From Planctomycetota bacterium (GTDB taxonomy: Bacteria > Planctomycetota > UBA1135 > UBA2386): 64,000 nucleotides of DNA. Numbering within the stretch: position 1 is the first letter of the stretch; each line of letters opens with the position of its first letter. The position numbers and the translations under genes were made by a program. The notes below the pieces were generated by a model that had not been told where the DNA came from, searched no databases, and saw only the letters and a list, made by a program, of their open reading frames with translations. Where the stretch lies: the NCBI GenBank assembly GCA_965223545.1, contig OZ245006.1, forward strand, positions 5,856,001 through 5,920,000, written 5' to 3'. This document shows, piece after piece, positions 17,495 through 26,056 of this stretch.

Positions 17495-19957
17495 ATGCGT
17501 GTGTCCCCGTCGTGGTGGTTTTCCTGCTTCACCCTGGCTCTCCTGCTGCCGCCGGCGGCCGCCCAGTCGGGTTGGTCCCGCGACTACGACACCCCGGGCT
17601 TCGGCGTCGGGGGGCGGGTGTTCGCCACCGGCACGTGGAACAACGAGCTGGTGGTCGGCACCTACAAGGTCGTCAATCAGGACGGGGTCACGCTGTCCCA
17701 CGTCGGCCGCTACGACGGAGTCCGCTGGCGCGCGCTCGGCGCCGGCGTCGACGGGCCAGTGCGCTGCGTGCTCGAGTTCGGTGGGGAGCTGTACATCGGT
17801 GGGGACTTCCGCGCATCGGGCCGGCGCGCGGTGCGCAGCATCGCGCGCTGGGACGGCAACGGCTTCGTCCCGGTCGGCGCGGGCCTGGACGGCACGGTGT
17901 GGGACCTGTGCGAGCACGGCGGGGCGCTGATCGCGGTGGGCTCGTTCACCAGCTCGGGTGGGGCGTCGACCGGTCAGGTGGCGCGGTTCGACGGAACCGC
18001 GTGGCAGCCGCTGGGGCGGACGACGTTCGCCGGCCTGGGCACGCCGGCGGCCTACTGCGCGGTCAGCGACGGCAACCGGCTCTTCGTCGGCGGCGCGTTC
18101 ACCGCTGTCGACGGCGTGCCGGCGAGCCATCTCGCGCAGTGGCGGTCGGGCGCTTGGAGCGGCGTCGGCGGTGGGTTCAACGCGTTCTCCTACGGGACCG
18201 TGTGGGACCTCGCGCTGCACGGCGGTCGGTTGTTCGCCGCTGGCTCGTTCGACTCCGCCGGCGGGGTGAGCGCCGACGACGTCGCGGCCTGGGACGGCCA
18301 GCGCTGGGCGTCATTGGGGCCCGGCTTGAGCAATCAGATCTACGGTTCGGATGCGCGCTCGCTGTGCGTGTTCGGCGGCGACGTGTACGTGGGCGGCAGC
18401 TTCAACGTGCTCGGCGCCTCCACCGCGGTGCACCGCATCGTGCGCTACGACGGCCAGACCCTGCGGCCGGTGGGCGGGGCGACCGACGCCGAGGTCAACC
18501 CGGCGACGATCTTCGCCATGACCGCGTGGAACAACCGCCTGTACTGCGGCGGCGAGTTCCAGGGCGTGGTGCAGCCGGGCGCATCACCGCTGCAGGCCAA
18601 CGCGGCCTATCACATCGCGTCGTTCGACGGCGTGCGCTGGAGCGCTCTGGGCCGCGGCGACCTGGGTCTCGAGGCCGACGCCACGACGCTGGGTTGGTGG
18701 CGGGGCCAGCGGCTGGTCGGTGGCTACATGAACTACGCCGGCACGGCGCGGGTTGCCGGCCTCGGCTACTTCGAAGGCGAGGACTGGCGGCAGCTCGGCG
18801 CGTTCGACGGGGTCGTGCTGCAGACGCTCGAACACCTCGGCGATCTGTGGGTCGTGGGCCAGTTCCGCAAGGTCGACGGCATCACCGTCAACGGCGTGGC
18901 GCGATACGACGGCACGCGTTGGCACTCGCTCGCCAACGGTCCCAACCTGTCCGGCTGCTCGGCGATCGCGGTGTATCGCAACGAGATCGTCGTCGGCTCG
19001 GTGAGCAATCCGCTGCGCTGGACCGGTACCGCGTGGCAAAAGCTCGGCGCGCCGATCTTCGGCACGATTCACGCACTGCAAGTGCACAACCGCCTGCTCT
19101 ACGTGGGCGGCTACACGCCGTTCACTCAGGGCTCGCCGCACCTGTTCCAGTGGGACGGCGCAGCGCTCACCGTGGTGGGTGGGGGCACCAACGGCAGCGT
19201 CGCCGCGCTCACGACGTTCGGCGGTGAGCTCGTGCTCGCCGGCAGCTTCACCCGCGCCGGCAGCGTCGCCGCCGATCACATCGCCACTTGGGATGGTCAG
19301 CGCTTCCGCGAGATCGGCGGTGGCCTGCCCGGTCCGCAGGGCTCGCGGGTCACCGCGTTGGCGACCTTCGACGGTCAGCTCGTCGCCGGTGGGGACCTGC
19401 ACATCAACGGCGCCGACTACGTCACCCGCTGGAACGGCGCGCAGTGGGAGGAGCTGCCCGGCGGCAGCCCCAACGGCTTCGTCAGCGCCCTGCTCGCCGA
19501 CGACGCCCGCGGCGAGCTGCACGTCGCCGGCTGGTTCAACCGCATCGCCGGCATGCCGTCGATGAACTACGGCGTCTGGCACCGCAGCCTGCCGTGGCGG
19601 GACATCGGCTTCGCGTTGCCCTCGCCGCGTCGCGCGCCGTTCCTCGGCGTGACCTCGACGTTCGTCGAAGGCCAACCGCTGCACTTCGATCTCTCCAGCA
19701 TGCAGGAGGGCGCGGCGTTCGCCCTGGGGCTGGGCACGCAGCGCACCGCGATCCCGTTCTTCGGCGGCACGCTGGTGTCGAGCTTCGACCTCGGCGCGGT
19801 GGTGGGCGTGGCCGACGGGATCGGCGCGTCCCACCTGGCGCTGCGCTGGCCGGCGCTGGCCTCCGGCTTCACCGCGCACGCCCAGGCGTGGTGTCTGGAC
19901 GGCTCGATGCCGGCCGGGCTGACGGCGACCAACGGCGTCACTCTCCGCCAGCCGTGA
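17495..19957 (+). CDS. Secreted WDG-repeat beta-propeller protein with a conserved C-terminal domain
   Basis: Signal peptide ending AAAQ; about 13-14 repeats of the form (W/F/Y)DGxxWxxLGxG...V. Confidence 0.85.
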   Translation: MRVSPSWWFSCFTLALLLPPAAAQSGWSRDYDTPGFGVGGRVFATGTWNNELVVGTYKVVNQDGVTLSHVGRYDGVRWRALGAGVDGPVRCVLEFGGELYIGGDFRASGRRAVRSIARWDGNGFVPVGAGLDGTVWDLCEHGGALIAVGSFTSSGGASTGQVARFDGTAWQPLGRTTFAGLGTPAAYCAVSDGNRLFVGGAFTAVDGVPASHLAQWRSGAWSGVGGGFNAFSYGTVWDLALHGGRLFAAGSFDSAGGVSADDVAAWDGQRWASLGPGLSNQIYGSDARSLCVFGGDVYVGGSFNVLGASTAVHRIVRYDGQTLRPVGGATDAEVNPATIFAMTAWNNRLYCGGEFQGVVQPGASPLQANAAYHIASFDGVRWSALGRGDLGLEADATTLGWWRGQRLVGGYMNYAGTARVAGLGYFEGEDWRQLGAFDGVVLQTLEHLGDLWVVGQFRKVDGITVNGVARYDGTRWHSLANGPNLSGCSAIAVYRNEIVVGSVSNPLRWTGTAWQKLGAPIFGTIHALQVHNRLLYVGGYTPFTQGSPHLFQWDGAALTVVGGGTNGSVAALTTFGGELVLAGSFTRAGSVAADHIATWDGQRFREIGGGLPGPQGSRVTALATFDGQLVAGGDLHINGADYVTRWNGAQWEELPGGSPNGFVSALLADDARGELHVAGWFNRIAGMPSMNYGVWHRSLPWRDIGFALPSPRRAPFLGVTSTFVEGQPLHFDLSSMQEGAAFALGLGTQRTAIPFFGGTLVSSFDLGAVVGVADGIGASHLALRWPALASGFTAHAQAWCLDGSMPAGLTATNGVTLRQP

Positions 19958-19991
19958 CACCGGGCGGGGGCGGCTCCCTCTTCGATCTCTT

Positions 19992-20012
19992 TTGATCGCA
20001 GGCTGCGATCAA
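19992..20012. repeat. Perfect 21-bp palindrome
   Basis: TTGATCGCAG-G-CTGCGATCAA. Confidence 0.7.
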
Positions 20013-20311
20013 GCTCCCGCGAACCATGGATCACGCAGGATCGAGATGGGGAGGAGGTCGGATCGTAGGTCCCAGTGGTCTGAATGAGAAAACCGCGGCA
20101 TTCTCCGAGGCCATCCGCGGCCGTCGCGGCGTCCTCGACGTTCTACCGATATGCCTGCGGCGCGGCGCCTTGCGACGGCCTCCGCTGCCTCTCGGATAAT
20201 GCCCCAACTGTCTGACTCACACCATTAGTTGGTCGGCGTTGAGCAGGTCGGCGCCGGTGTATCCTGATCCATCCACGAACACCGAACCGATGCAGTCGAA
20301 GGCTTCGGCGT

Positions 20312-20638
20312 TCACGAACCTCTGCCTCCGTGGTCAAGCCGCTCACGGAAGCGCGCGATCAGGTCCATGTTCTCGTGCAGGACGGCGAGGACGAGCACGC
20401 GATCGTCGTCTTCTCGGACGAAGAAGACGTAGTGGTGTTGGCAGCGGGAGACCCGATAGTCCCCGCGGTGATCGAACACCGCCTTCTCAAGTGCGTCCTT
20501 CCTGGCGAGATCCGCGAAGTGATCTTCCAGCGCCGACAGGTAGCGAACAGCTTGGTCGACGCTCCAGGTGCGCGTCGTGTAGCGTCCGATTTCTAGCAGG
20601 TCATACTCAGCCTCGTCTTCGAGGGAGTACTCAGTCAT
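20312..20638 (-). CDS. parE: RelE/ParE family toxin
   Basis: YSLEDEAEYDLLEIGRYTTRTWSVDQAVRY ... HHYVFF ... VLAVLHENMDL. Confidence 0.9.
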   Translation of the reverse strand: MTEYSLEDEAEYDLLEIGRYTTRTWSVDQAVRYLSALEDHFADLARKDALEKAVFDHRGDYRVSRCQHHYVFFVREDDDRVLVLAVLHENMDLIARFRERLDHGGRGS

Positions 20639-20906
20639 TCGGCTCAGTGCCTGCGGCTTCGCGTTTGACCTGCTCCACGATGTCTCCGACGCTGCGTGAA
20701 CTGACGCCGCCGTTACGGGCATTCGCCAGGCGCTTGTCGAGTAGGGTCTCGAGCTCCGCGAGCGCGGCAGCTTCGTCTGAATCGGACTGCTGACTACCGA
20801 GCGTGCTTGCAAGCACGAACTCCTTGATGGACTTGCCCTGCAGGGCGGCCATGGCCTTGAGCCTCTGGTGCTCCTCGGCAGTGACGTCGATCGAAATGCG
20901 GCTCAT
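20631..20906 (-). CDS. ParD-like ribbon-helix-helix antitoxin
   Basis: MSRISIDVTAEEHQRLKAMAALQGKSIKEFVL; RBS TAAGGAG; overlaps the toxin start by 8 nt. Confidence 0.85.
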   Translation of the reverse strand: MSRISIDVTAEEHQRLKAMAALQGKSIKEFVLASTLGSQQSDSDEAAALAELETLLDKRLANARNGGVSSRSVGDIVEQVKREAAGTEPND

Positions 20907-20939
20907 GGTGGAGTCTCCTTACCTATCTGTCGTCCTTCC

Positions 20940-20973
20940 AGACTACCAGATCACCCACATTTTGTCAAAATGT
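20940..20973 (-). promoter_or_regulatory. Sigma70 promoter of the TA operon with an overlapping palindromic operator
   Basis: Minus strand reads TTGACA (20968-20963), 17 nt, TAGTCT (20945-20940). Palindrome ACATTTTG-N-CAAAATGT at 20957-20973 covers the -35. Confidence 0.8.
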
Positions 20974-20987
20974 TGTGTTCCGGCGCC

Positions 20988-21502
20988 TCAGTAGCTCGCG
21001 CGGAAGGTGGGAGAGTCCTCCTGGTCGCGACTTCCGCCGGTCGTAACGGCGTGTCGTGGCGATGTTGGCGTGGTCCAGCCACTCTTGGACGAAGCCGATG
21101 TCGGCTTCTGCTCGAGGGCGTTCGTAGCCGCCGTGGCGCGCAGAGCCTGCAGGCACAGCCCGTCCACGTGGACCTTGGCCTTGGCCGCGTAGGCCTTCAC
21201 CATCCGGTAGACACCGTCGCCGCTAATCGCCTTCTCCTGCGTCCCGGTCCGGTTGTTCTGAATGGGCCGGAAGAGGGCGCCCTTGCGATCCCCACCGTGG
21301 CCTGCGGCTTCGAGATACGCGTCAATCGCCTCGGCCGCGGCTGGGTGCGCAGGCACGAACTGCGTCTTCGCGCCCTTGCCCGCCACCTTGAAGTGCAGGA
21401 CGCCGCGGCGTTTCTGCAGATTGCAAACCTTCAGCGCCGCGAGCTCTGTGCGACGCAGCGCGTGGAACAGATAGACGGCCAAGATCGCGCAGTCCCGGAT
21501 CC
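20988..21502 (-). pseudogene. Tyrosine recombinase/integrase remnant (catalytic domain only, 5'-truncated, two frameshifts)
   Basis: IRDCAIL, LRRTEL, GKGAK, QALRATAAT; the VQEWLDHANIATTRRYD segment lies in another frame between about 21110 and 21021. Confidence 0.85.
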
Positions 21503-21517
21503 CACAAGACAGGCTCT

Positions 21518-22315
21518 TTAGCGCCCGAGTAGTCGTTCCAGCACGCGCTTGGCGAGCGGCCGGCGGTTCTGCAGCCAGCGCCGCCAGCTGACCGACAGCT
21601 CGTCGTCGAAGACCACCGCGCCGCGCAAGAACGGGAACACCTCCCGTGGCGGCAAGAGCTGCTCGCGCCGCGCCAGCACCCACCAGGTCTGGCGCGGGTG
21701 GAACCACGGCAGCCGCACCGCAGCCAAGCCGGCCGCGCGCGCCATCTCGATCACGCTGGCGTCGCGGAACTGCACGCAGTCGGGGTAGACCCAGCCGCCG
21801 TCCTCGTAGTCGGCGTCGCCGCCGATGAAGGTCGCGACCACGCGGCCATTCTCGGTGAGCTGTTTTTGGAAGTTGTGCAACGCCACGCCGAGCAGGTCCT
21901 TGCCGGTGTGCGAGAAGATCGACTGCGCCACGATCCAGTCGAATTGGTCGCCGAACGCGTCGACCTTGAACTCCTCGTTGTGATCGAACCGCGGTTGCTT
22001 GATGCGCACTTGATCGGCGCCGACCTGCTCGGCGATCGCCTCTTCGACCAACCACTTGTTCGGCTCGACGCCGCAGTAGTGGCCCGGCTCGAGGTACGGG
22101 ATCAACAGCCGGCCGGCCCGCAGCGAACCACAGCCGAAATCGAGCAGCTTGTGGTGCGCGCGCAGCCCCAACGTGGTGAGCAGGCGGAACTGCGTCGCGC
22201 CCATGAAGTCGTAGTGATTGGGCGGACCCACGTAGGCGCGGTAGTGCGGATCGCCGGCCACGAGGTCTTTGGGATCGGAGGCCTGGGGAGGGCGCGTGGA
22301 CGAGGGTTCACTCAT
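21518..22315 (-). CDS. Class I SAM-dependent methyltransferase
   Basis: LLDFGCGSLRAG, AQSIFSH. Confidence 0.85.
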   Translation of the reverse strand: MSEPSSTRPPQASDPKDLVAGDPHYRAYVGPPNHYDFMGATQFRLLTTLGLRAHHKLLDFGCGSLRAGRLLIPYLEPGHYCGVEPNKWLVEEAIAEQVGADQVRIKQPRFDHNEEFKVDAFGDQFDWIVAQSIFSHTGKDLLGVALHNFQKQLTENGRVVATFIGGDADYEDGGWVYPDCVQFRDASVIEMARAAGLAAVRLPWFHPRQTWWVLARREQLLPPREVFPFLRGAVVFDDELSVSWRRWLQNRRPLAKRVLERLLGR

Positions 22316-22382
22316 GGGGCTTGGGCGCGGTCGGGTGCCGTCGCAAGTCTAGCCCGGATCAGGCGCCAGGGCTCCCGCCCGC

Positions 22383-23858
22383 TCACTCGGCGCGCAGGCG
22401 GAGGTGGACCGCGACGCGGAAGGGGCGCTCGCTGCTCTCGACTTGCACGGATTGAATCTTCAGCGGCGTGCCGTCCTGGCCGCGCAGCTCGACGACCTGC
22501 TCGGGATCGAAGGCGGCGTCGACGAAGTAGGTGCCGCGGTCGCGTGGGGTCTCGCCCTTGTGCAGCGCGCGCGCCAGCTCGCCGAGCCGCAGCTGTGGAG
22601 CGCCGGGTTCGTGCGGCACGGAAGTGCCGAGGTACATGGTGCCCCAGCCGAACCCGCTGCCCACCGGGCGGCCCCAGCTGGCGCCGCGCGCTTCGCCGCG
22701 GCCGACGACCACGCCGTCGAGCACGATCTCGGTCCCGGCATCGTCGACCGAGATCGACCAGAGCCGGGCGACGCGCAGGCTGCCGAGGGCGAGCGGCACG
22801 AGGATCCACAGGCCGACGACGACGGTGAAGATCGTCACTGGCGTCAACGACCGCGCCGCGTGCCGGTCGCGCGGGTCGCGCGGTCGCACCGCGCGCCACA
22901 GCAGGTAGCCGGCACCGGTCATGGCGGCGGCGACGCCGGCGATGGCGCGCCAACCGCGCCATGCCAGGCGGCGGCGGTCGCGGGCGATCCACGGCAGGCA
23001 GAGGCAGCCGAAGACGCACCACAGCAGCGCGTTGCCGAGCCATGCGGACATGCCGAAGTGGGGCCAGAGCGTGCCCAGGTCCAGCAACGCGCCCCACGGC
23101 ACGACCACCAACAACAGCTGGGCGGCGAGCAGGACGGGCCACAGGCCGCGCGCCGGCGTGGCCCGCAGGGGCTCGAGCGGACTGCCGGCGACCACCGCGC
23201 GCCGCGGCCAGGTGAGCCGTGCGCCGGCGATGGCGAGCGTCAGGACGAGCCCCGGGTAGACCCAGGGAGGCAGCCGCCCACCCAGAGTGCCGAAGCCGGA
23301 CACCGCGACGGTGCCGACCAGGAAGCCCGGCAGGCCTGCTTGCCAAGCGGAGGTCGGGCGGTCGAACGCCGCGGCGAAGTAGGCGCTGCAGGCGAACACC
23401 AGCAGCATCCAGCCGAGGGTGACCGCGCAGGCGGTGAAGCTTGGAGTGACGTCGACGGCATTCGCGTACAGCGCGTCGTGCAGCAGCCCGACTGCGCCCG
23501 AGTAGAACCAGCCCGCGTGCAGCGCCGCGCTCGCCGCCATCGCGATCGCACCGAAAAAGACCTTGCCCCAGAACTGCTGCGCCGGCGCGACCGGCAGCAG
23601 CCGCCAGTACATCCCCTGGCTGCCGCGCAGCTCGGCGCTGAACAGGCGCGTTCCGAGGGCTGCGGCGAGCACGCCGAGCACGACGGTCATGCCCGAGTGC
23701 TCGCCGATCATGAACAGCGTGCTCGTTTCGCCATGTGGGCCGACCGAGCGATGGAAGAGCGCGGTGGAAGCCAGGCCGACGAGGTTCCAGACGACGAGGC
23801 TGGGCAGCACGAGCTGCAGCTGGGCGCGCCACCACACGGAGGAACGGAGGTGCTTCAT
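22383..23858 (-). CDS. ABC-2-like permease or membrane protein with a C-terminal extracytoplasmic domain
   Basis: Multiple TM helices; YWRLLPVAPAQQFWGK loop; last gene of the GntR-ABC operon (ATGA overlap). Confidence 0.7.
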   Translation of the reverse strand: MKHLRSSVWWRAQLQLVLPSLVVWNLVGLASTALFHRSVGPHGETSTLFMIGEHSGMTVVLGVLAAALGTRLFSAELRGSQGMYWRLLPVAPAQQFWGKVFFGAIAMAASAALHAGWFYSGAVGLLHDALYANAVDVTPSFTACAVTLGWMLLVFACSAYFAAAFDRPTSAWQAGLPGFLVGTVAVSGFGTLGGRLPPWVYPGLVLTLAIAGARLTWPRRAVVAGSPLEPLRATPARGLWPVLLAAQLLLVVVPWGALLDLGTLWPHFGMSAWLGNALLWCVFGCLCLPWIARDRRRLAWRGWRAIAGVAAAMTGAGYLLWRAVRPRDPRDRHAARSLTPVTIFTVVVGLWILVPLALGSLRVARLWSISVDDAGTEIVLDGVVVGRGEARGASWGRPVGSGFGWGTMYLGTSVPHEPGAPQLRLGELARALHKGETPRDRGTYFVDAAFDPEQVVELRGQDGTPLKIQSVQVESSERPFRVAVHLRLRAE

Positions 23859-24574
23859 GACAATTCACCGACCTCGATCGTCGGGTAGCTCTCGGTCGCG
23901 GTCGCCGCCAACCGCGCGTGGGTCTCGTTGCGGGCGAGCTGCCAGAGCAGCAGCCAGACGGGCGAGGCCGCGGCCAACTGCCAGGGATGTGGCACCAACG
24001 CGTACTTGGCGACGCTGGGGATGCCGATTGCCGCCAAGACCGCACCGGCGCCGAACGCGCTGCCGAGGGCGGGGCGGCCGCCGACCAGCCGTTGCCGGTG
24101 CGACCACGCGCGGCTCACGGCGGTGAACACCCAGAACGCCGCCAGCGGCGCGAGCAGCGCATCGGTCCACGGCAGCATCGCGCGGTGGTGGTAGGGCTGC
24201 GGTTGCAGGGGCAGGACGGCCGCGATCCCGTGCTGCGAGAGCCAGGCCAGTCCTGAGTGCTCGTGCACGAGCAACAGCGCGGCCACCAGAGTGACGAACG
24301 CGGCGCCGGCGCGCAGCGGCGCCGCGAGGCAGACGGTGCGCGGCCGCGGCAAGGACACGAGGTACTCCATCAGCCGCTGCGGGCAACCCCGGTGCAAGAC
24401 GTGCGCGATCGCCGCTCCCAGCAGCGCCAGCTCGAGCTCCAGCAAGAGGTCGAGGCGGCCGACGCCGGCAGGGGGAGTCGTGCGCCAGTTGATGAACGAA
24501 GTCAGCAAGACGGCACCGGCGAGTGGCAGACCGGCGCCCATCAGCAGCCCGCGGAACAAGCGGCCGGCGTTCAC
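23855..24574 (-). CDS. ABC transporter permease-like membrane protein
   Basis: About 6 TM helices; MEYLVSLPRPR loop; GTGA overlap with the ATPase gene. Confidence 0.7.
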   Translation of the reverse strand: MNAGRLFRGLLMGAGLPLAGAVLLTSFINWRTTPPAGVGRLDLLLELELALLGAAIAHVLHRGCPQRLMEYLVSLPRPRTVCLAAPLRAGAAFVTLVAALLLVHEHSGLAWLSQHGIAAVLPLQPQPYHHRAMLPWTDALLAPLAAFWVFTAVSRAWSHRQRLVGGRPALGSAFGAGAVLAAIGIPSVAKYALVPHPWQLAAASPVWLLLWQLARNETHARLAATATESYPTIEVGELS

Positions 24575-25497
24575 GACGCCGCTCCGCGCTGCGGCGCAGC
24601 GAGCGGTGCCGGTGTGGCGTGGTCGCCGCCGGTGATCGCGAGATAGATGTCCTCGAGGCCAAGCCCCAGGATCTCGACGCCCGGATGGTCGAGGACCGCG
24701 TCCGGCACGAGGTCGAGGCGGCGCACGGTCGCGCTGCGCGTGCTGCCGCGGCTCTCGACCGCCAGCGGCCGGGCCGCTCGCCAAGTGGCTTCGGTCTCGT
24801 CCCACAGCGCGGCCGGCATGCGCACGCGCTTGACTTGTTCGTGCAGCGCATCGAGCGGTGCCGTGTCGATCAGCCGACCCTGCCGCATGAACGCGACGTG
24901 CGTCACGATGCGCTCGACGTCGGTGACGATGTGGCTGGACAGCACGAGGGTGCGCGGGCCGCCCGAGAGAAACTCGCCGAGCAGAGTCAGCAGCTGGCGG
25001 CGCGCGGCGACGTCGAGGCCGGAGGCCGGCTCGTCGAGCAGCAGCAGGTCGGCGTTCTGCGCCAGCGCCAAGGTCAGCATCAACCTCCGGTTCTGCCCCT
25101 TGGACAACGTGGAGATCCGCGCGCGCGGCGACAGCTCGAAGAGCTCGAGCAGCTGTCGCTCCCGTGTCCCGTCCCAAGCCGGATACAGACCGCGGTGAAA
25201 GCGCAGCAGCTCGTCGACGCGCAGCCAGGACGGCAGCAAAGGCTGTTCGGCGACGTAGCCGAGCCTCGCGCGCGCGGCGGGAGTCATCGACCGGCAGTCT
25301 TCGCCGAGCACCTCGGCGCGGCCCTGAGACGGCGGCGTGAACCCCATCAGCATGCGCAGGGTGGTGCTCTTGCCCGCGCCGTTGGCGCCGAGCAGGCCCC
25401 ACGCCGTGCCGGTCGGAGCCGCCCAGGACAGCTCCTCGACCACGGCGCGGCCGTCGTAGAACTTGGCGAGCGTGTGCGTGCGAATGGCGTCGGTCAT
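24571..25497 (-). CDS. ABC transporter ATP-binding protein (YtrB-like)
   Basis: Walker A GANGAGKST, signature LSKGQ, Walker B LLLLDEP, H-loop SSH. Confidence 0.95.
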   Translation of the reverse strand: MTDAIRTHTLAKFYDGRAVVEELSWAAPTGTAWGLLGANGAGKSTTLRMLMGFTPPSQGRAEVLGEDCRSMTPAARARLGYVAEQPLLPSWLRVDELLRFHRGLYPAWDGTRERQLLELFELSPRARISTLSKGQNRRLMLTLALAQNADLLLLDEPASGLDVAARRQLLTLLGEFLSGGPRTLVLSSHIVTDVERIVTHVAFMRQGRLIDTAPLDALHEQVKRVRMPAALWDETEATWRAARPLAVESRGSTRSATVRRLDLVPDAVLDHPGVEILGLGLEDIYLAITGGDHATPAPLAAPQRGAAS

Positions 25498-25901
25498 CTC
25501 TTGCTCCTCGAATCGACGGGGCGCAGCTGGCGCAGCTCGTCGCGCAACAGGGCGATCAGCGCGGTCTCCGACATCCCCAGCCGCCGGCCCTCGAGCGCCA
25601 GCTCGTGCGCGAGCCGCGCCAGCAGCGCCTGCCGCTCGCCCGGCAACAGCGGTTGTTCGCCGTCGGCGACGAACGCCCCCTGCCCCTGCCGCCGCGTGAT
25701 CACGCGCTCGTGGGCGAGCAGGTCGTAGGCCTTGACCACCGTCGTCGGGTTGAGGCCCAGGGTGGTGGCCAGCTCGCGCACCGACGGCAGCCGCTCGCCC
25801 GGCCGCACGTAGCCACGCAGGCAGGCCGCCTTGATCTCGTTGGCGACCTGCCGGTAGAGCGGCACGCCGGCGGCGGGGCTGACCTGGATGTCGATGTTCA
25901 T
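25494..25901 (-). CDS. GntR family transcriptional regulator, YtrA subfamily
   Basis: PLYRQV...PGERLPSVRELA...NPTTVVKAY...RRQGQGAFV with a short C-terminal tail; precedes ABC genes. Confidence 0.93.
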   Translation of the reverse strand: MNIDIQVSPAAGVPLYRQVANEIKAACLRGYVRPGERLPSVRELATTLGLNPTTVVKAYDLLAHERVITRRQGQGAFVADGEQPLLPGERQALLARLAHELALEGRRLGMSETALIALLRDELRQLRPVDSRSKR

Positions 25902-25924
25902 CTGTATGATCTCATACCATACAG
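25902..25924. promoter_or_regulatory. YtrA-type operator
   Basis: CTGTATG-N9-CATACAG, i.e. TGTA-N13-TACA, directly abutting the GntR start codon. Confidence 0.8.
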
Positions 25925-26056
25925 TCGGTACGGAGTTAGAGATCGGGAAAACTTGCGGCTCTCGCTCCGCCGGTTGCGCGGCCCCGCCAGAGGCCCGACC
26001 GGAGGCCATACTCGGTAGCGCGTCGCTCCGACCGCGCCGAGAGCGGCTGGTCTGCT

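Noticed and set aside
20195..20240. attC-like element (GCCCCAAC ... GTTGGTC) near the TA pair and integrase
   Set aside because: Too short, the right core does not fit GTTRRRY, there is no internal L-box pairing, and the recombinase lacks the IntI-specific insertion.
20988..22055. 355-aa full-length integrase ORF
   Set aside because: Its first half is an alternative frame of the methyltransferase gene. Recombinase similarity begins only at about 21502.
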